From positions 131,938,001 to 132,002,000 of the forward strand of contig NW_024704742.1 of the NCBI RefSeq assembly GCF_018977255.1: a stretch of DNA of 64,000 nt, read 5' to 3'. The notes below the pieces were generated by a model. That model searched no databases. It had not been told where the DNA came from and saw nothing but the letters and a program-made list of their open reading frames with translations. The position numbers were made by a program, and so were the translations under genes. Positions 11,523-25,600 of this stretch are shown in pieces (within the stretch, counting starts at the first letter, position 1; every line of letters begins with the position of its first letter). The DNA comes from Callorhinchus milii (Eukaryota).

Positions 11523-11734
11523 GCAATTTGAACAAATTCTCAACTGTTAAGTAGAAGACAGGAACAAATCACAAAGGCAGCATAATAATTGCATTATTTC
11601 ACCAGTAAGTCTCAGTCTTCTCTACTTTCTTCGTGAAAAAAATGAAGCTTTCTATTTCTTAATCAAGGGACTCCTTGATTTGTCTCATGTTCTCTCCTAC
11701 ACTTTTCTTCTTTGCATATTGGGACTGAATTACA

Positions 11735-12062
11735 ACTCTCCATTCTCCGCCTACCCTGCTCCCCCGCTCGCTCACTCCAATCAACTAACTCAGGCTTGCT
11801 GCACATTGATGTTGAACCCCCTCGCTGTGCCACCAACAACAGCCAAGCTTTGATTTCCTACGTCCCTTCACCTCTCAAACTCCCTCCCCACCCCCTCTCT
11901 CTCATTAAGTCCTGTTTCAAATCTTATCACTTTGAATATGCCTATGGCCACCTCCCTCTTCCTCTCCCCCTCTCCATTGCTTGGTGTCCAACTCCATCCT
12001 TGTAAAGCGCTCCTAGATGTTAACCTCCATCAAGGGCGCTGTATAAATGCAAATTCTTGTTG
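11735..12062 (+). mobile_element. Old L2 LINE 3' end
   Basis: C-rich L2 ORF2-end and UTR similarity; terminal aagggcgctgtataaatgcaaattcttgttg. Confidence 0.7.
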
Positions 12063-13457
12063 TATATGTGACTCAGTGCTGTTGAAGGAGTGACAATAAT
12101 GTTAAGTGCTGAATGAATCTATTGCTTTGCATTAGCTAATATTCCAACCTCAATGAGAAAAGGCTTCAGGACAAAAAGCAATCAACTGACAATCTCTTTA
12201 TCTTTCGACACATCTTGGGAAGTGTTGTGGATTGGCAGGACCACACATATATGCATGTCATTTAATTATCTGACAAAGTCACAAGGAAGTAACTTAAAGA
12301 ATCAGATGCTTCTATCTACTCGCCGTGAAAAGAACATAGAACACACCAGGGTGATTGATTTGCAATTTGAAGGCTGAGAGGAAGTTTATCATGTCCTGTT
12401 ATTATTCTTGGTATTGTTCTGAGGAATACTATGTGAAAGGTGCTACGTAAATGAATGTTGTTGTTGCATTCTGTTATTATTCTTCAATATTAATGTGCAT
12501 TGCAAGATCTACAAGATTGGTCTGGATGAAGAAGGCCTTCGGCTCAACCAATCTAATCCTTCTAGAACTCCCACCCTATCGTCCCCAGCATCAAACTACT
12601 TTTTAAATGAGTCTGCATCCTGATTTCTACCACCTTTCCTGGCAATGTGTTCCAGTCGTTAATTGCTCTCTGTGTAAGGAAACACTTCCCGTGTCTGTCC
12701 TGAACTCACCCTTTAGAACTCTAAACCTATGCTCTTTTGTTCTAAGATTCAAAGTAAAATGAAGAGAAAAATAACTCTTTAACATTCACCGTTCCAGAAC
12801 ATTACATTAAACGACTGGTTTTGCTGCTCATTCATATCTGACTAACAATACTCACACAAATTTATCGGTGCCTTAATAATGCATCCCTTTTTGAACGTAA
12901 CCAAGCAATGTTTCAATATGAAATATTTAATATGCAAAGCATTCCTGCAGGGAGGAGAATAAGAGTTTGACTGCTGAGTTTCAGTAGAACATTTCTTAGC
13001 TGGATCCACATACAGAATGCAACATGAACAAAGTGGGGGTGCTCCAAAGATATAAATAAGATATCTTTTGAGGCAAAACATTTTTATTTGAAGCATTACT
13101 TGACTGACTTCTGCAGCACAGGCAACCAGAATACCTTATAATATGTCTTTTTAGTATAATATGGAGGTGGTTGAAATCCAGTCTCAAAGTATTGATATTC
13201 CATCGTTTGCCTCATGATCTAAATATCCTGCCAAGTTCCATCATTCTTTTACATTTCCACTCCTTATTTGGTGGGTGGGCCCCACACTGCCTTAAACTCA
13301 ACTACTCTTTCTGTGAGGTGCCACTTTATTCTGTACAGTGATATGATATTCTGTGAGCTCTGCACTGTTTTATACAGTAATGAGGGGAATATGTGATGCA
13401 GCGTTATTTATTTGACTTGGAGCATGATGGCAGAATGAACACAAGAGAATGGCAAGG

Positions 13458-13688
13458 AATAATAATAATAATCCTTGCATTTGATATAGTGCTTTATCAC
13501 GTCTTTGACATGACTCAAAGCACTTCACAGGATGCACTCTAAAGTGTAGTGACTGTGTATTTTGTGGGCGAAACCCGGTAGCCACAGCAGCATCCCACAG
13601 ACAGTGGTGGACTGTAGTGACAAATTATTATTAGTAGTAGTATTTTGGAGGAGAAATAGAAGGGAGGAAGACATAGAGAAAGAGGCTG

Positions 13689-13723
<35 letters not shown>

Positions 13724-14160
13724 AAAAGTCTCCTGATCTCAGCCTTAAGACCAAAGTGGAGAAGACATGGAGATATTTCTTTAGTAAATGGACAATAATT
13801 CATGTCAACACTCCAATACACTGGGGGTGGGGGTGGGGGGGGGTGTACTGTGACCTTCAAAGGTGTTACCCTTCAGGAAGGGAAACTGTTAAACTGTTAG
13901 GTGGACATTAAAGATACCGTGGCGCTATTTGAATAAAGAAGTGAGATTTAAATAGTGTCCTGGCCAACAATTGCCAAGATAAAATTGGTCATTCACTTCA
14001 TGGCTGTCTGTGAGACTTTGCTGTGCACAAATTGGCTGCCACATTTGCCTACACACTATACACTCCATACATTTTACAGCATATCCTGTGAAGCACTTTG
14101 AGTTAACCTCCTAACATGATAGGGGACTGTATCAAATGCAAGGATTATTATTGTGACTAT
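13458..14160. mobile_element. SINE cluster: family A 3' part (-, 13458-13650), (GA)n at 13692-13718, family B (+, ~13790-14160)
   Basis: Direct similarity to the other copies; (GA)n run visible. Confidence 0.75.
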
Positions 14161-15426
14161 TATAATTAATAGGCATGTGGAACAAACCGACAGCCTTGGT
14201 GGTGCAACAAAGATGTGTTCATAAAAGGAACTAGGCCTTTCCCTAGGAATGTAAACGATTCAAAATTATTGAACAAAGTGACAATATGACAGAGGAACCT
14301 TTGGGGAAATTGAATGGCTGGGATGAATGGATAAATGGATAGAGGAAATCATCTGCTCAGGTATGAAACTGTGGAAATAGACACATGGGCATATGTGTAA
14401 CATTAAATAGTCTTCAGAGGGATACGCTTAGAAGAGTACTCTCCTCACCACAGAGTAGTAGGTCTACAGAAAGGACTCACTACAGAAGCTGAGGCTCATT
14501 ATTATTCTGTGAAGTCCTCTGTAATTGTATAAAAATAATAATCCTTGCATTTGATATAGCACCTTATCACATCATTGAGATGGCTAAAAGCACTTCACAG
14601 AATATACTGTAAAGTGAATTGACTGTATATTGTGTGGGTGAAATATCCCGATCGAACATTTTATGAGTTGCCGTCTCATGCTAAAAATGTCCCTTAGCTT
14701 TTTCGTGCAGTTATCAGCCAGGACGGGAACAGGAAGGCAGACATGGTGACAAAGAAGTTCAAAGAGGAAAGCGCAGAGCATAAAATGCTGATTTAAGGTA
14801 ACTGGAGGCGTGGCGGAGGGTGACAGGTAATAATTCAATCGCATGGTTCAAATCACTAGCAAGCTGCTCAATCTTTGTTTACTGCACCACCTGAATCCTT
14901 GAATTAGATTCCTTCCTTTCGATCCACAGCGACCCCCACCCAGTCGCTTCTACTTAATGCAGAGTGTGTTTTTTTTCCATCATAATCCCCCAAAATAGCA
15001 ACTAAGTGCAGCTGTCGACTGCAGTTGATATCATTCAGAGGAGATTTTCCGTGATGCACTGAAAGACTTGTATGTAGGTCAACAAAAAAGAGATAGGAAC
15101 AGATTTTAAATCATGCATGGCTCACAACTTAATTAATTTTTTATTGTCATAACCCTGGCTCTTTTGTTACTCAAAGTTCGTGTGTAATCTGTTTTCCCAC
15201 TTGCTTGTATAACCAAAAAAAAGCTGACATGAAAGGTTGCTGCAGATAAGGGCCCCGTTACTGAGACAGAAGCAGATGGTGCTACACTGATTGAATTCAC
15301 AGTGATTTTCCAATAGACTAGATGGTGGAGTTTTAATTCTAGAGATTGTCCTGTACATTTATCTGCTAAATTGTATAGGATTTTCATTGACCCCAACCCC
15401 CCCACACCACTCCTCCCCAGCCAACC

Positions 15427-15735
15427 GAGTCCAGTAACGTAGTGGTGTAGTGGTTAGAGCACTCGCCTCGAAAGCGATTGGACCCGGATTCGATTCCCTG
15501 GCAGGGCAAACCTCAGACAAGTTTCCTTACACCACACGCCTCTGTTTATCTTAAAAATAATTTGGTAACTCAATCCACGACTGTTTGTGGGACACCGCTG
15601 TGCACAATTGGCTGCCCCATTTCACCCACAAAAGAATACGCGGTCAATCCACTTTACAATATATTCTGTGATGCGCTTTGAGATGTCTCAACGAGATGAT
15701 AAGGTGCTATATCAAAAGCAAGGATTATTATTATA
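15427..15735 (+). mobile_element. SINE family A, intermediate form
   Basis: Head gtagtggttagagcactcgcctcgaaagcga...gattcgattccc; keeps only the start (gcctctgttta) of the long-form segment; (TTA) tail. Confidence 0.85.
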
Positions 15736-16412
15736 ACCTTCTCCTCCTGTGTAGTATCCATGCGATCACAATGATAGAGTTTCGGAGCGCTGCACAGTGG
15801 TTGGATGCCGAACAATTGAGGGGGAAGGTGAACACAGATACGGTCAAAGAGGTAAGTCTTCAGATGGGATTTATAGATAGATGGGGTTGTGGGGGGAGGG
15901 GGTGGGCGGAGGGAGGCAGAGGGATTGATGCAGGTAGTTCCAAAAAATAACATGTAGGGTGAAAGTTGTCACGTGACACTTTCGGGTGTTGACACATTGT
16001 TGAAGATAGCGAGCAGTCAGTGCATTAATTATTGACTGCAAACATGCCGGTAAAGGACTATCTCATCCCCTCCTCCCACTTTGTTCAAAATTACTGCTAC
16101 AATTGTTCGACTAACTGAGTGTTCAATATCAAGATGCAAAAGCCAAAGTCTGATGCATGACTGACCACGTAAGAGAACTGGAGGGAGGGCGGTGGTAGAT
16201 ACACCTGCAGACCTGTCCATCATTAAGATATTGATTGGTCACTTTTTCCTGGCAATAATGTGTTTTATCAGCAATGCCGGTGTAAATTAACGTGCGTTGA
16301 TATTTTAATGGCAATCATTATTGCATTTGATGTAGGGCCTTATCACGTCTTCGAGAAGTCTCAAGCACTTCACAGAATATACCTGTAAAGTGAATTGATT
16401 GTTCATTTTTCA

Positions 16413-16720
16413 AGGAGTTCTGTAGCTCAGTGGTTAGAGCACTTGCCTCGCAAGTGAGAGACCTGGGTTCGATTCCCAGCAGGACGAAATCTTGGGCAAG
16501 TTTCCTTACTCCAGACGCCTGATAATAATCCTTCAAAAAAAAATGAAATTGGTCACTTCAACCCACGACTGCTGTGCGCAATTGGCTGCCACGTTTCACC
16601 CACAAATATACAGTCTATTACTTTACTTTACAGTAACTTTACAGTCTATTCTGTGAAGCACTTTGAGACGTCTAGAAGACGTGAAAAAGCGCTACATCAA
16701 ATGCAAGGATTATTATTTTG
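16413..16720 (+). mobile_element. SINE family A inserted into an oppositely oriented long-form SINE A (16315-16405 and 16720-16852)
   Basis: Full head and tail on +; flanks continue one minus-strand copy. Confidence 0.85.
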
Positions 16721-17049
16721 TGAGCAAAACACGGCAACCAATTGCTTTCAGCAGTGTCCCACAAACAGTTGTAGCTTCAGTCACACATTTTGTTAAGGGA
16801 TTATTACCCCCAGAAAGTGATCTTCCAATTGACTAACACTCAGGTTCCTCCCATTTCAGCCATCGAAGCGAGTTTTTTTGCAAGATGCATTTTTTTTGCA
16901 ATAAATTGCCGTTGATCATGGATGGATGAATAATGTCAAATTCTTCCATTTAGTAGTGGAAAGAAATGCACTGCCTCTATCCATTACCGTCTTTACCATT
17001 AAATACAAACAGAACGATTTATTTTAGTCCTCTCAACACTAGGATCATT

Positions 17050-17585
17050 AAAGCACTGGGTACAGTCATTGGGAGCAGGGATTCTTCCCACTTAGTTCCT
17101 ATTAACCCTGCAAGCCCAAGCCCTAACAGTAGGGTGGTCCTGGCTGGACAAGCAGCAGAGGAAGCTTGCCAGACAGTGCACTCATTGGCAAGCTATGTTT
17201 TAGCTAGTTAAACTACACTGGTACCCCAACGCATACTCTGGGATGTCCAAGCCTTGGCTCTTACCAGCCTGTGCCTGATACTCTCCAGAATTAGGTTCAC
17301 AGGGTCTTCTTCTGAGGAGAGAGCGCACAATTGGCTACTGTGTTTCGCTCACAAAATATACAGTCAACCCACTTCACAGTATATCTTGTGAAGCGCTTTA
17401 AAACGTGTCAAAGACAAGATAAGACTCTATATCAAATGTAAGGCTGATTATTGTTATTCCATTCTAGACACAGGAATTTCCATGTTTAGGTGGCACAAGT
17501 TAAACTCTTAGTCCGGTTTAGAAACTCTTAAGCACAATGATCGGTTTCCACATGTCAGTCACCAGGCTGACCAAAATAAAAAGCG
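17050..17585. repeat. Unclassified interspersed repeat 'X', interrupted by a SINE tail at ~17325-17456
   Basis: Reverse-complement homology to 34530-35240 and 63640-63985 (e.g. gattcttcccac...ccctgcaagcc...gtagggtggtcct.gctggacaagcag; cttaagcac...gtttcc.catgt...gctgaccaaaataaa). Confidence 0.8.
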
Positions 17586-19140
17586 GTTAAGAGCACATAA
17601 ATGTATGGGAGACGCAGCAGTGTTATACCATTTGAACAGAATGGTGCAGTCTCTTTGGCTCTGTAGCTGTTGAACGTCATGGTAGAGAAGCACCAGCCAT
17701 GCCTTGCAGGCTGTCAACATGAGAAAGAGAGAAAGCAAAGCGTGCCTTATAACGCAGTCATAAGTGGACCGATGTTTTATTCATAGACTGCACCTCCAGC
17801 AAATTAAAAGAGAAATAGAAGGTCAACAGCGTGAACCCTTCTCCTGGAGCCCATAAACCAATAACGTGTTTTATTAAGTATCGATATCTATATCTGACGT
17901 TGCTTAATAACATCTTATTCCCTGTTTTCTCTAGTCATCAATAATTTTCTGCCTTTGTGGCCTGGTCCATCACTTTGTGCAATTGTATTATAAGGGTCCA
18001 TAAATGCAATTTACCTCACATTTTTATTTTTGGAAAGGCTGACTGCTTCTGTATCGAAGCCAGCTGCCCAACAGCCTTGTCAGGCTTGGCACCTGTCTAA
18101 CTTATAATCTACACTCGATATTGCAGAGCCAAGACTCACAGTCCATCTGATGAGGTTCCACAAAGGTAGGCACCAGCAGTAATCTAGCTATGATTTGTCA
18201 TTAAACTGAGGAGCAATCTTCTGTGAGTATTTCTTCTGAGGGATATTATCTTTTAACAGCCTCTTTATTTTTTAATAGGAACGCTACGCTCATATTCAGT
18301 AAAATAACAGTTTTATCAATTCTGGGCATATCTTTTTTTCAGTAGACTAGTGGAGACTTCATCACCAGTTGGTAGCTTGTGTTAAATTGCCTGTTTCAGA
18401 GGGTTCCATAACATCTATTAGTCTGTGAATGGTTGCTGATTTCTCTCTAAATGAATCTGGTTCATTTTTTTTCGTTGCCCGCATGTCTGTGCGTCTGTGG
18501 CAAAAGTGCCTGTGAAGTGATACAGACATCTGCAATGCGAGGTGCTTTTCTAAACGGTGATCGTATTTGAGAATCCTGCAATTTATTTTCATGATTTCAG
18601 GCATTTGCTCACTTTTGAAATGAGATGCCTCTGTTATTGACCTAGGAACAACAGCAACAACAAATTACACTTGTCTAGTGCCCTTTACATCAGAAAGACA
18701 TCCCAGGACGCTGGACAGTCAGGGGTTTTTGGACCCGAGCTGAAAGTTGGGGTCACGATGGGTGGAGGGCAGGGGGGTGGGGATATGATGGTGGCTGAAG
18801 GCATGATCGAAGAGGAAAGTCTTTAAACAGGACTTGAAGGAGACAAAAGAGGGGGCGAGGCAAGCCAGGATAACAAGGTGAAAGTCAGATATTGTTTCCT
18901 CTTTCAAAACATGAAATTCCACATAAACATAGCCTGTGAGCCTGCTTTTTTTCTTAGAATTTAAAGTTGCGAAGAATTGGAAAAAATGTTCTTAAATTCT
19001 GCCTTAATTTGAAAGCTGCTTCTTTTTAACAAAACTGACTTCAAAATGAATCAATTGTAAAGTTTCAAAAAGAGATGTTTCTTATTCAAGTATCTGAACT
19101 TTTAAAGGTGATTGAGTAAGTAAGCTCAGAGCAATAATTC

Positions 19141-19824
19141 CGGAACATCGCCAGACTACGGCACTACCTCACCCCTCACGCCGCTGAAACACTGGTCCAC
19201 GCCTTTATCACCTCAAGGCTGGACTATGGGAACTCTCTCCTCGCCGGCCTTCCCGGCACCTCCCTCCACAAGCTGCAGGTCATTCAGAACTCTGCAGCTG
19301 GTGTACTGTCCCGCACCAGGCTTCGGGACCACATCACTCCCACCCTCGCTCGCCTCCACTGGCTCCCCATCCCCCAGAGGATCGAATTCAAGATCCTCAT
19401 CCTCACCTACAAGGCCATTCACGGCCTTGCTCCCTCCTACCTCTCCGACCTACTATCCCCCTACTTACCTGCCCGTACCCTCCGTTCCTCTGGCTCCGGT
19501 CTGCTCCACATCTCCCGCCCCAACCGCCCTACCATCGGTGGCCGGGCCTTCAGCCTCTCAGCCCCTAGGCTCTGGAACTCTATCCCCCAGTGCCTTCGCC
19601 TTGCCTCCTCCTTTTCCTCCCTCAAGAAAAAGGTCTCAAGACCTTTCTCTTCAACCGTGCCTTCAACTACCCTCTTGACTTTCTACCCCCTCCTCGCTCC
19701 CTCCCTTCCTTCCCCTCACCCTGATCATTTCCCCCCTGCTCATGTCCCGACCCAACTGTCCCAGTGCCTTGGGATGTCCTCCCAATGTGAAAGGCGCTCT
19801 ATAAATGCAATCTTGTTGTTGTTG
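19141..19824 (+). mobile_element. 5'-truncated L2 LINE (ORF2 C-terminus + UTR + (GTT)n)
   Basis: From 19141: RNIARLRHYLTPHAAETLVHAFITSRLDYGNSLLAGLPGTSLHKLQVIQNSAA...HITPTLASLHWLP...RAFS..APRLWNS; ends ataaatgcaatcttgttgttgttg. Confidence 0.93.
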
Positions 19825-20129
19825 TAATGCATCGAGGTAGCAGAGTAAGAGGGCACAGGTTCACATGTTGCAAATGACAATTTCAGCACAGACACCAGAA
19901 ACTATTTCTGGCAAAGATTACCAGGAAAGGTGGTTAAAGTCAGGACTTGGAGTCATAGCTTGATACTGTTGTGATGCATGGAAGGTCGGGTTATTTTTCT
20001 TGAAGGATGAAATCAAATGACCTGAAGGGTCTTCTTCATCTAAACCTCTCTTGTGATCTGGTGTAAGTTCCTGGGGCTCAAGAATCCTTTCTATCTTCCC
20101 TCGGTTATGACCCTTGTGTTTTCAGTAGT

Positions 20130-20525
20130 CAATAATACTCCTTGCAAGTGTTATAGCACCTTTCAAGTTGGGAGGATGTCTCAAAGAGTTTCCCAGGATA
20201 TATACTTGAAGTGTGAAGTGCAGTGACTGCATTTTTAGACAAGTGCAGTAGAATTTGCACACATTAACGTCCCAAAGCAACCTTGAAGCAAATGACAAAT
20301 TTTATTTGGGGGTTTGTTGGCCAGAAACTCCTCACCTTTTCGAATGGTGCCACAGGACCTTGAAGGGCCACCTGAATAGGCAGACAGGACCCTGGTTGTA
20401 ATGTCTCCTCAGAAAGACAGCAGTTCTGCTATTTTGACAATGTGAGTTCAAAGTCCCGACGTGGGGTTTGAATCCACAAGCTTCTGACTCAGAGGCAACA
20501 ATGCTACCAACTGAGCAAGACTGGT
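20130..20525 (-). mobile_element. SINE family B
   Basis: Reverse-complement tail, Deu core and head (ctgactcagaggcaacaatgctaccaactgagc). Confidence 0.8.
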
Positions 20526-21517
20526 ATCTTTTACTTTTACGTGTGATTTACCGGTACTGTATGTCGACTCCAGTTTTTCCAAATGTATGTGAATTTGACA
20601 AACTTCCCTGTAACTCTACACACATGCTCTGCAACTCTGCAAAAAAAAACTGCACAGTGACAGAGAAGCTCTTAAATTGACCTTTTTAAGATAGGGTCAT
20701 TTGTCTACAGGCGAAGGTTAAATGTTATACATGTAAGCTGCCATCAGTAGTCTGTACGTGTGCACAGTCCAACGCTGTTCATTTCCAATGACTGGTTCTA
20801 ATTTGAAACATTCCTAGATCCAAAGCCTGAATGTTGACCTCCACAATTAATTCACAAGTTAAAAGATCCTGCCTGCAGGAACATGTCCCAATTAAAACTG
20901 TTTTTCATATCAACGCAAGCATTTTTTTTTAGTTATTTTTGTTGCATAACAATGTAACATTAATTTAATGAAGGCTGCTTCATGCCTGCGGACAGAAGCC
21001 TTATTCATTTTCATCAGCGAGGCTTATTATGCAGATTACATCACTGTTGTGCAGGTTCCCCTCACTCCCGCCTTCATGTAACATTCAATGTCATTCCCCT
21101 TCGAATGCCGATTCCTAATGAAATTACTCACAACGTACACTCCCCAGTTTTCTTCTCAATATGAAAAATATTTTTAAACATAAAAGATATGAATCATTCT
21201 ATATTGAGTGATGTTTGTTTGCTGAAGAACAAGCTCCTGGCTGTGCTGGCTTCATCATAGCCACTTGGGTTTTGTATCAAGACATTTATTTCCTAAGCCA
21301 AGCAGTATAGACATCCGACTGGCTAGAATCTCACTCCCTGTCTAGCCCCCACTCATGCTCATGCTGCATCATGTCAAAATGCATGATCTTGCAAACATGA
21401 GACATATTACTACTTCTCTTTAAGTGAGCTGCTACTCCCCAAGTGAAGGGTGCAATACAGATACTTGTTATTGTTATCGGTGGGTGGTGGTTCTCTTCAA
21501 TTTGAACTCTCTCCTTC

Positions 21518-21845
21518 AATAATAATAATAATAATAACATTAATAATCCTTGCATTTGATATAGCGCTTTTCACGTCTTCTAGACGTTTAAAGTGCTTCA
21601 CAAAATAGACTGTAAAATGAATTGACTGTATATTTGGGGGCGAAATGCGGCACCAATTGCGCACAGCAGTGTCCCACAAACAGTCGTGGATTGAAATGGC
21701 CAGTTTATTATTGTATATTTCTTGAGGGATTATTATCAGGCGTGTGTAGTAAGGAAACTTGCCCAAGGTTTCACTCTGCCGGGAATCGAACCCAGGTCTC
21801 TCGCTCGCAAAGTGAATACTCCAACCACTGAGCTACAGAACTCCA
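21518..21845 (-). mobile_element. SINE family A, short form
   Basis: (AAT)n tail; stem-loop with tagaa loop; head ggagttctgtagctcagtgg on the minus strand. Confidence 0.9.
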
Positions 21846-22414
21846 ATCCCTCCGCCTTGACCCCTCCTTCCCCACTTTGAGATCATGACTGAAGACCTTT
21901 CTCTTTTTCTGTGCTTACGGTCACCTCCTCCCTGTCCCCGGCTCGGGCTCAGGCTCCGCCACTGTTAAGCGCTCCGAGACAGTGCCCCGTGGAAAGGATG
22001 CTATATAAGTGCAAATTATCGTTGTTGATTTGGGTCTAATGCAAGATTAATGAGATGTTTGGATGAATAAAGCCCTGCTGCCCATTTCATAGGACCTTAG
22101 AATTTTACAGAACAGAAGGAGGCCATCCGACCCATCGTGCCTGTGCTGGCGCTCTGAAAGAGCTCTCTGCTTGTCTGACTACTCTGCCTTTCAGCACTCT
22201 GAGACACTAGCCCAAGAGAAGGGAGCGATATAAATGCAAGTTGTTATTGTCTTTCCCCCACCACCACCCTTTTAAGTTTCTCCTTTTCAAATATTTGTCT
22301 CCAAGCTATTATGAATTCTGCTTAACCACCATTTTTGTTAGGGCGTTCCACGTTCTAACAACGCTTTATGTGAAGCAAAATTTCTCCTACGTTCTCTCTT
22401 GGTGATGTTCTTTA

Positions 22415-22845
22415 GGTGTCAGTCTGACTCTGTTGGTAGCATTCTTGTCTCTGAGTTAGAAGGTTGTGGGTTCAAGCCACACCCCGGGAATTGGAACTCA
22501 TACAGTCCAGGTTGACACTCCAATACAGTGCTGGGGGTGTGCTGTGTTATTGGATGTCTTGTCCTATGGATGAGATATTAAAATGAGCTCTCATCTGCCT
22601 ATTTAGGTGGATATTAAAGGTTCCAAAGCACTAATCGAAGAGAGGTGAATTTATCCTAGTGTTCTGGTCAAAAATCCCCCAAATAAAATTGGTCATTCGT
22701 GTAATGGCTGTTTGTGGGACATTGCTGTGCAAAAATTGGCCACTGTGATTACCTATAAAACACAGTACATCCTGTGAAGTATCTTGTGACATCCTTATGA
22801 TGTGAATGGGATTATAACAAATGTAAGGAATATTATTTTTTATTA
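22415..22845 (+). mobile_element. SINE family B, near full length, inside an old minus-strand CR1 3' fragment (~22095-22415)
   Basis: gtgtcagtctgactctgttggtagcattcttgtctctgagttagaaggttgtgggttcaagcc head, Deu core and tail. Upstream acagaaggaggccat.cg.cccatcgtg is the reverse complement of a CR1 end. Confidence 0.82.
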
Positions 22846-24934
22846 GCATCTTAAATTCATGGCCTCCAGTTATTGACTCACCTTAAATTGCCCTTCCCAA
22901 CCATTTGCTGCCTTGGCATATCTGAAAGTTTTGTTCATCCATCAGTTCATGTCAGGACTACCGCAGACAAGCAAACGACAGAAGAAAACCATAGACAACA
23001 ATTCAAATAATGATAATTAAAAAATATTAAAAATATAAGTATTACATATATATTGCAGAATAAGATACTCAATGTGATTCAAAGTTTGACCACAATAAGT
23101 GGACGTGGTGTAATCTCAAGCACTCAATTTATTCACTGCTTTGCAACACATTTCAGACTGTGATATCCTGTATTTACTGGTCATAACTGCATCCTGATAT
23201 GATAAGGATGAAAAATCATATCTTATTCACTCACATACATGGTCAGGTTTGACTGATAAAATCTGCATGAGACACAAAGAAATTTGCTTCACAAAGTGAA
23301 CAGGAAATATAATGACGGCTGCAATTTTAATCTTCATCTATAGAACTTTTTTAAAAGGATCCATTCTCCAAAATGAGTCCCTAACTTAAAATATGCAGTA
23401 AATGTTTTCTCGAAACACTAGAACAAGATGATACAGAAATAGAGTAGCAAAAAATTTTTTAGGAGAGACACCAGGAAGTTTTTCTTTACCTACAGGATAT
23501 TTATGACTGGAACGTTTTGTCAGGAAGAGTGTTTGAGACCGGGATGCTAGGATTTATTTAAAGAATTTGGTGCTGTGATGGGAAGACAATATTCTTAACT
23601 AATGAGATTAAATGTGACAAAAGATCGTTTTCTACACTCTTGTGATCCTTTAAAGGTGCTGACTCATGTAAATTATAGCTCCACTTTCAATCCCCTTTGT
23701 GGAGCTATAAGGAGTTATATTTAGGTCTAATCCTTGCAACTGTAACTTAACCAAGGTTCATGGACATATAGTGGGCAGAAGTTTTCCAGGACAAAAGTGA
23801 GCCATTTGTCCTATTGTACTTCAGAAACGGAGTTTTCTCTCCAGTCCAGAAGATATCAAAGCCATACATTTCACTTTTGATAGAAATCAATATCTAGAGG
23901 TACCAATGGATGCAAATAATGCAAAATTACAATACAATATCACATTTATGTAATGCTTTTAATGTTAGGAGGACCTTTGTTTGGAAATATTTCCTTGAAA
24001 CCACGATGGAGGGGCATTTGTCATTCTGGCTCAGTTGATAGCTCCTTCTTATTAATTGTTATTTCTTTCACTGCAAAAGATTCTTTGCTACGCTCTGCGC
24101 CAAGTATTACGTGAAGCATAAAGCTGACATGTTTGCTGCTTATTTGCACCCTGGCACCTAATAGCATTTTAATGCGCATCTCTGGCATGACACAATGTGA
24201 CAAGCTCCAGATGTGAGTGTTGTGAACATACACTGAGCACCATGCCTTGTCTGCCAAGGTCCTTGGGGCTCAGGGAATTGTTGGCTCCAGTGTCCCATGT
24301 GCATTGTACGAACAACAGGCTTAAATCAAACTTTTTTTTCAAATCTTCAAAGACCCATCTTTTGATCGTACCTTTGGTCATCTTTCCCCTTCTCCACCCA
24401 CATTGGCACCCACCCATCCAGCAATACGATGCTCTTTGAGACGTCCTCCTGACGTGAAAGGTGCTGTATAAATGTAAGTTGTATTGTAATTTGTACTGTA
24501 TTATATTTTAATTCTTTGTTGCTGAGCAGACAATAATGCGCCACTAATTTCCGTCAAGTAACCCGTTTGGGCAGGTATTTGAATAAATCTCTGTCCTTTC
24601 AAAACTGTGGTTGGTGTTGCATTATATGGTGCTCCTTAGTGGTACGTCAAGCATAAAGCTGGTGAAATTGCTGCTTATTGCCCTATCAACCAATCCGCTC
24701 CCTCCACTCAACAAACTCCAGCTTGCTCCACATCCCCCGCCCGACCCGACCCACCATTGGCGATCGGGCCTTCAGCCTCTCTGCCCCCACCCTCTGGAAC
24801 TCTACCCCCTTGCGACGTCCTCCCTACGTGAAATGCGCTATACAAATGTAATTTATTGTCTTGTTATGTGCACCCTGGAATTTCCATGTGTATCTTTGTC
24901 AAGACATAATATGTAAAGGTCCAGATGTGTATGA

Positions 24935-25600
24935 TATCATAGAATCATAGAATCATAGAATGTTACGGCACAGAAGGAGGCCATTCGGCCCATCGAGTCT
25001 GTGCCGGCTCTTTGACAGAGCAACTGACTTTTATTAACCCCACTCACCAGCTTTCTCCCCATAACCCTACAAACCTGTCTTCTCCAGATACCTGTCCAGT
25101 TCTCTCTTAAAAGCTGTTATCGAATCGGACTTCACTGCCCTTTCGGGCAGATCATTCCAAATTCTGACAACTCGCTGAGTGAAAAAATTTCTTCTAACCT
25201 CCCCTCTGCTTCTTTTGGTAGATATCTTAAGACTGACCACGAGTCATAGACACACCTACCAGCGGAAACAGCTTTTCCCTATCTAGCCTGTCAAAACCTT
25301 TCATGATCTTGAAGACCTCTATCAGGTCCCCAGGTAATCTTCTCTGCTCTAAGGGAAAAGTCCTAATAGGTGCCAAGGTCCCATCCCTGTGTGAAAAACA
25401 TTCTCCTATGCTCTCCTTTCGCTCTTCTCGTGACTACTTTATATTTATCTCCTCCAGTCACTGACTCCCGTAACCAGTGGAAATAGCTTCTCCCTATTTA
25501 CCATGTCAAAGCTCTTCATGATTTGGTCGTACTCTCTCAACCTTCTGTGCTTTAATGAAAACAGACCCAATGTCTCCAGTCTCTTCAGACTGGTAAATGT
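24935..25600 (-). mobile_element. CR1 LINE 3' ends (young copy 24935-25365; older fragment ~25380-25600)
   Basis: (CATAGAAT)x3 tail and gaggccattcggcccatcg; minus frame includes DLIEVFKIMKGFDRLDREKLFP and LE.LGLFSL..RRLR. Confidence 0.88.

Noticed and set aside
14712..14798. Plus-strand exon candidate (tttttcgtgcag|...AAG|gtaact)
   Set aside because: All three frames contain stops and there is no supporting homology.
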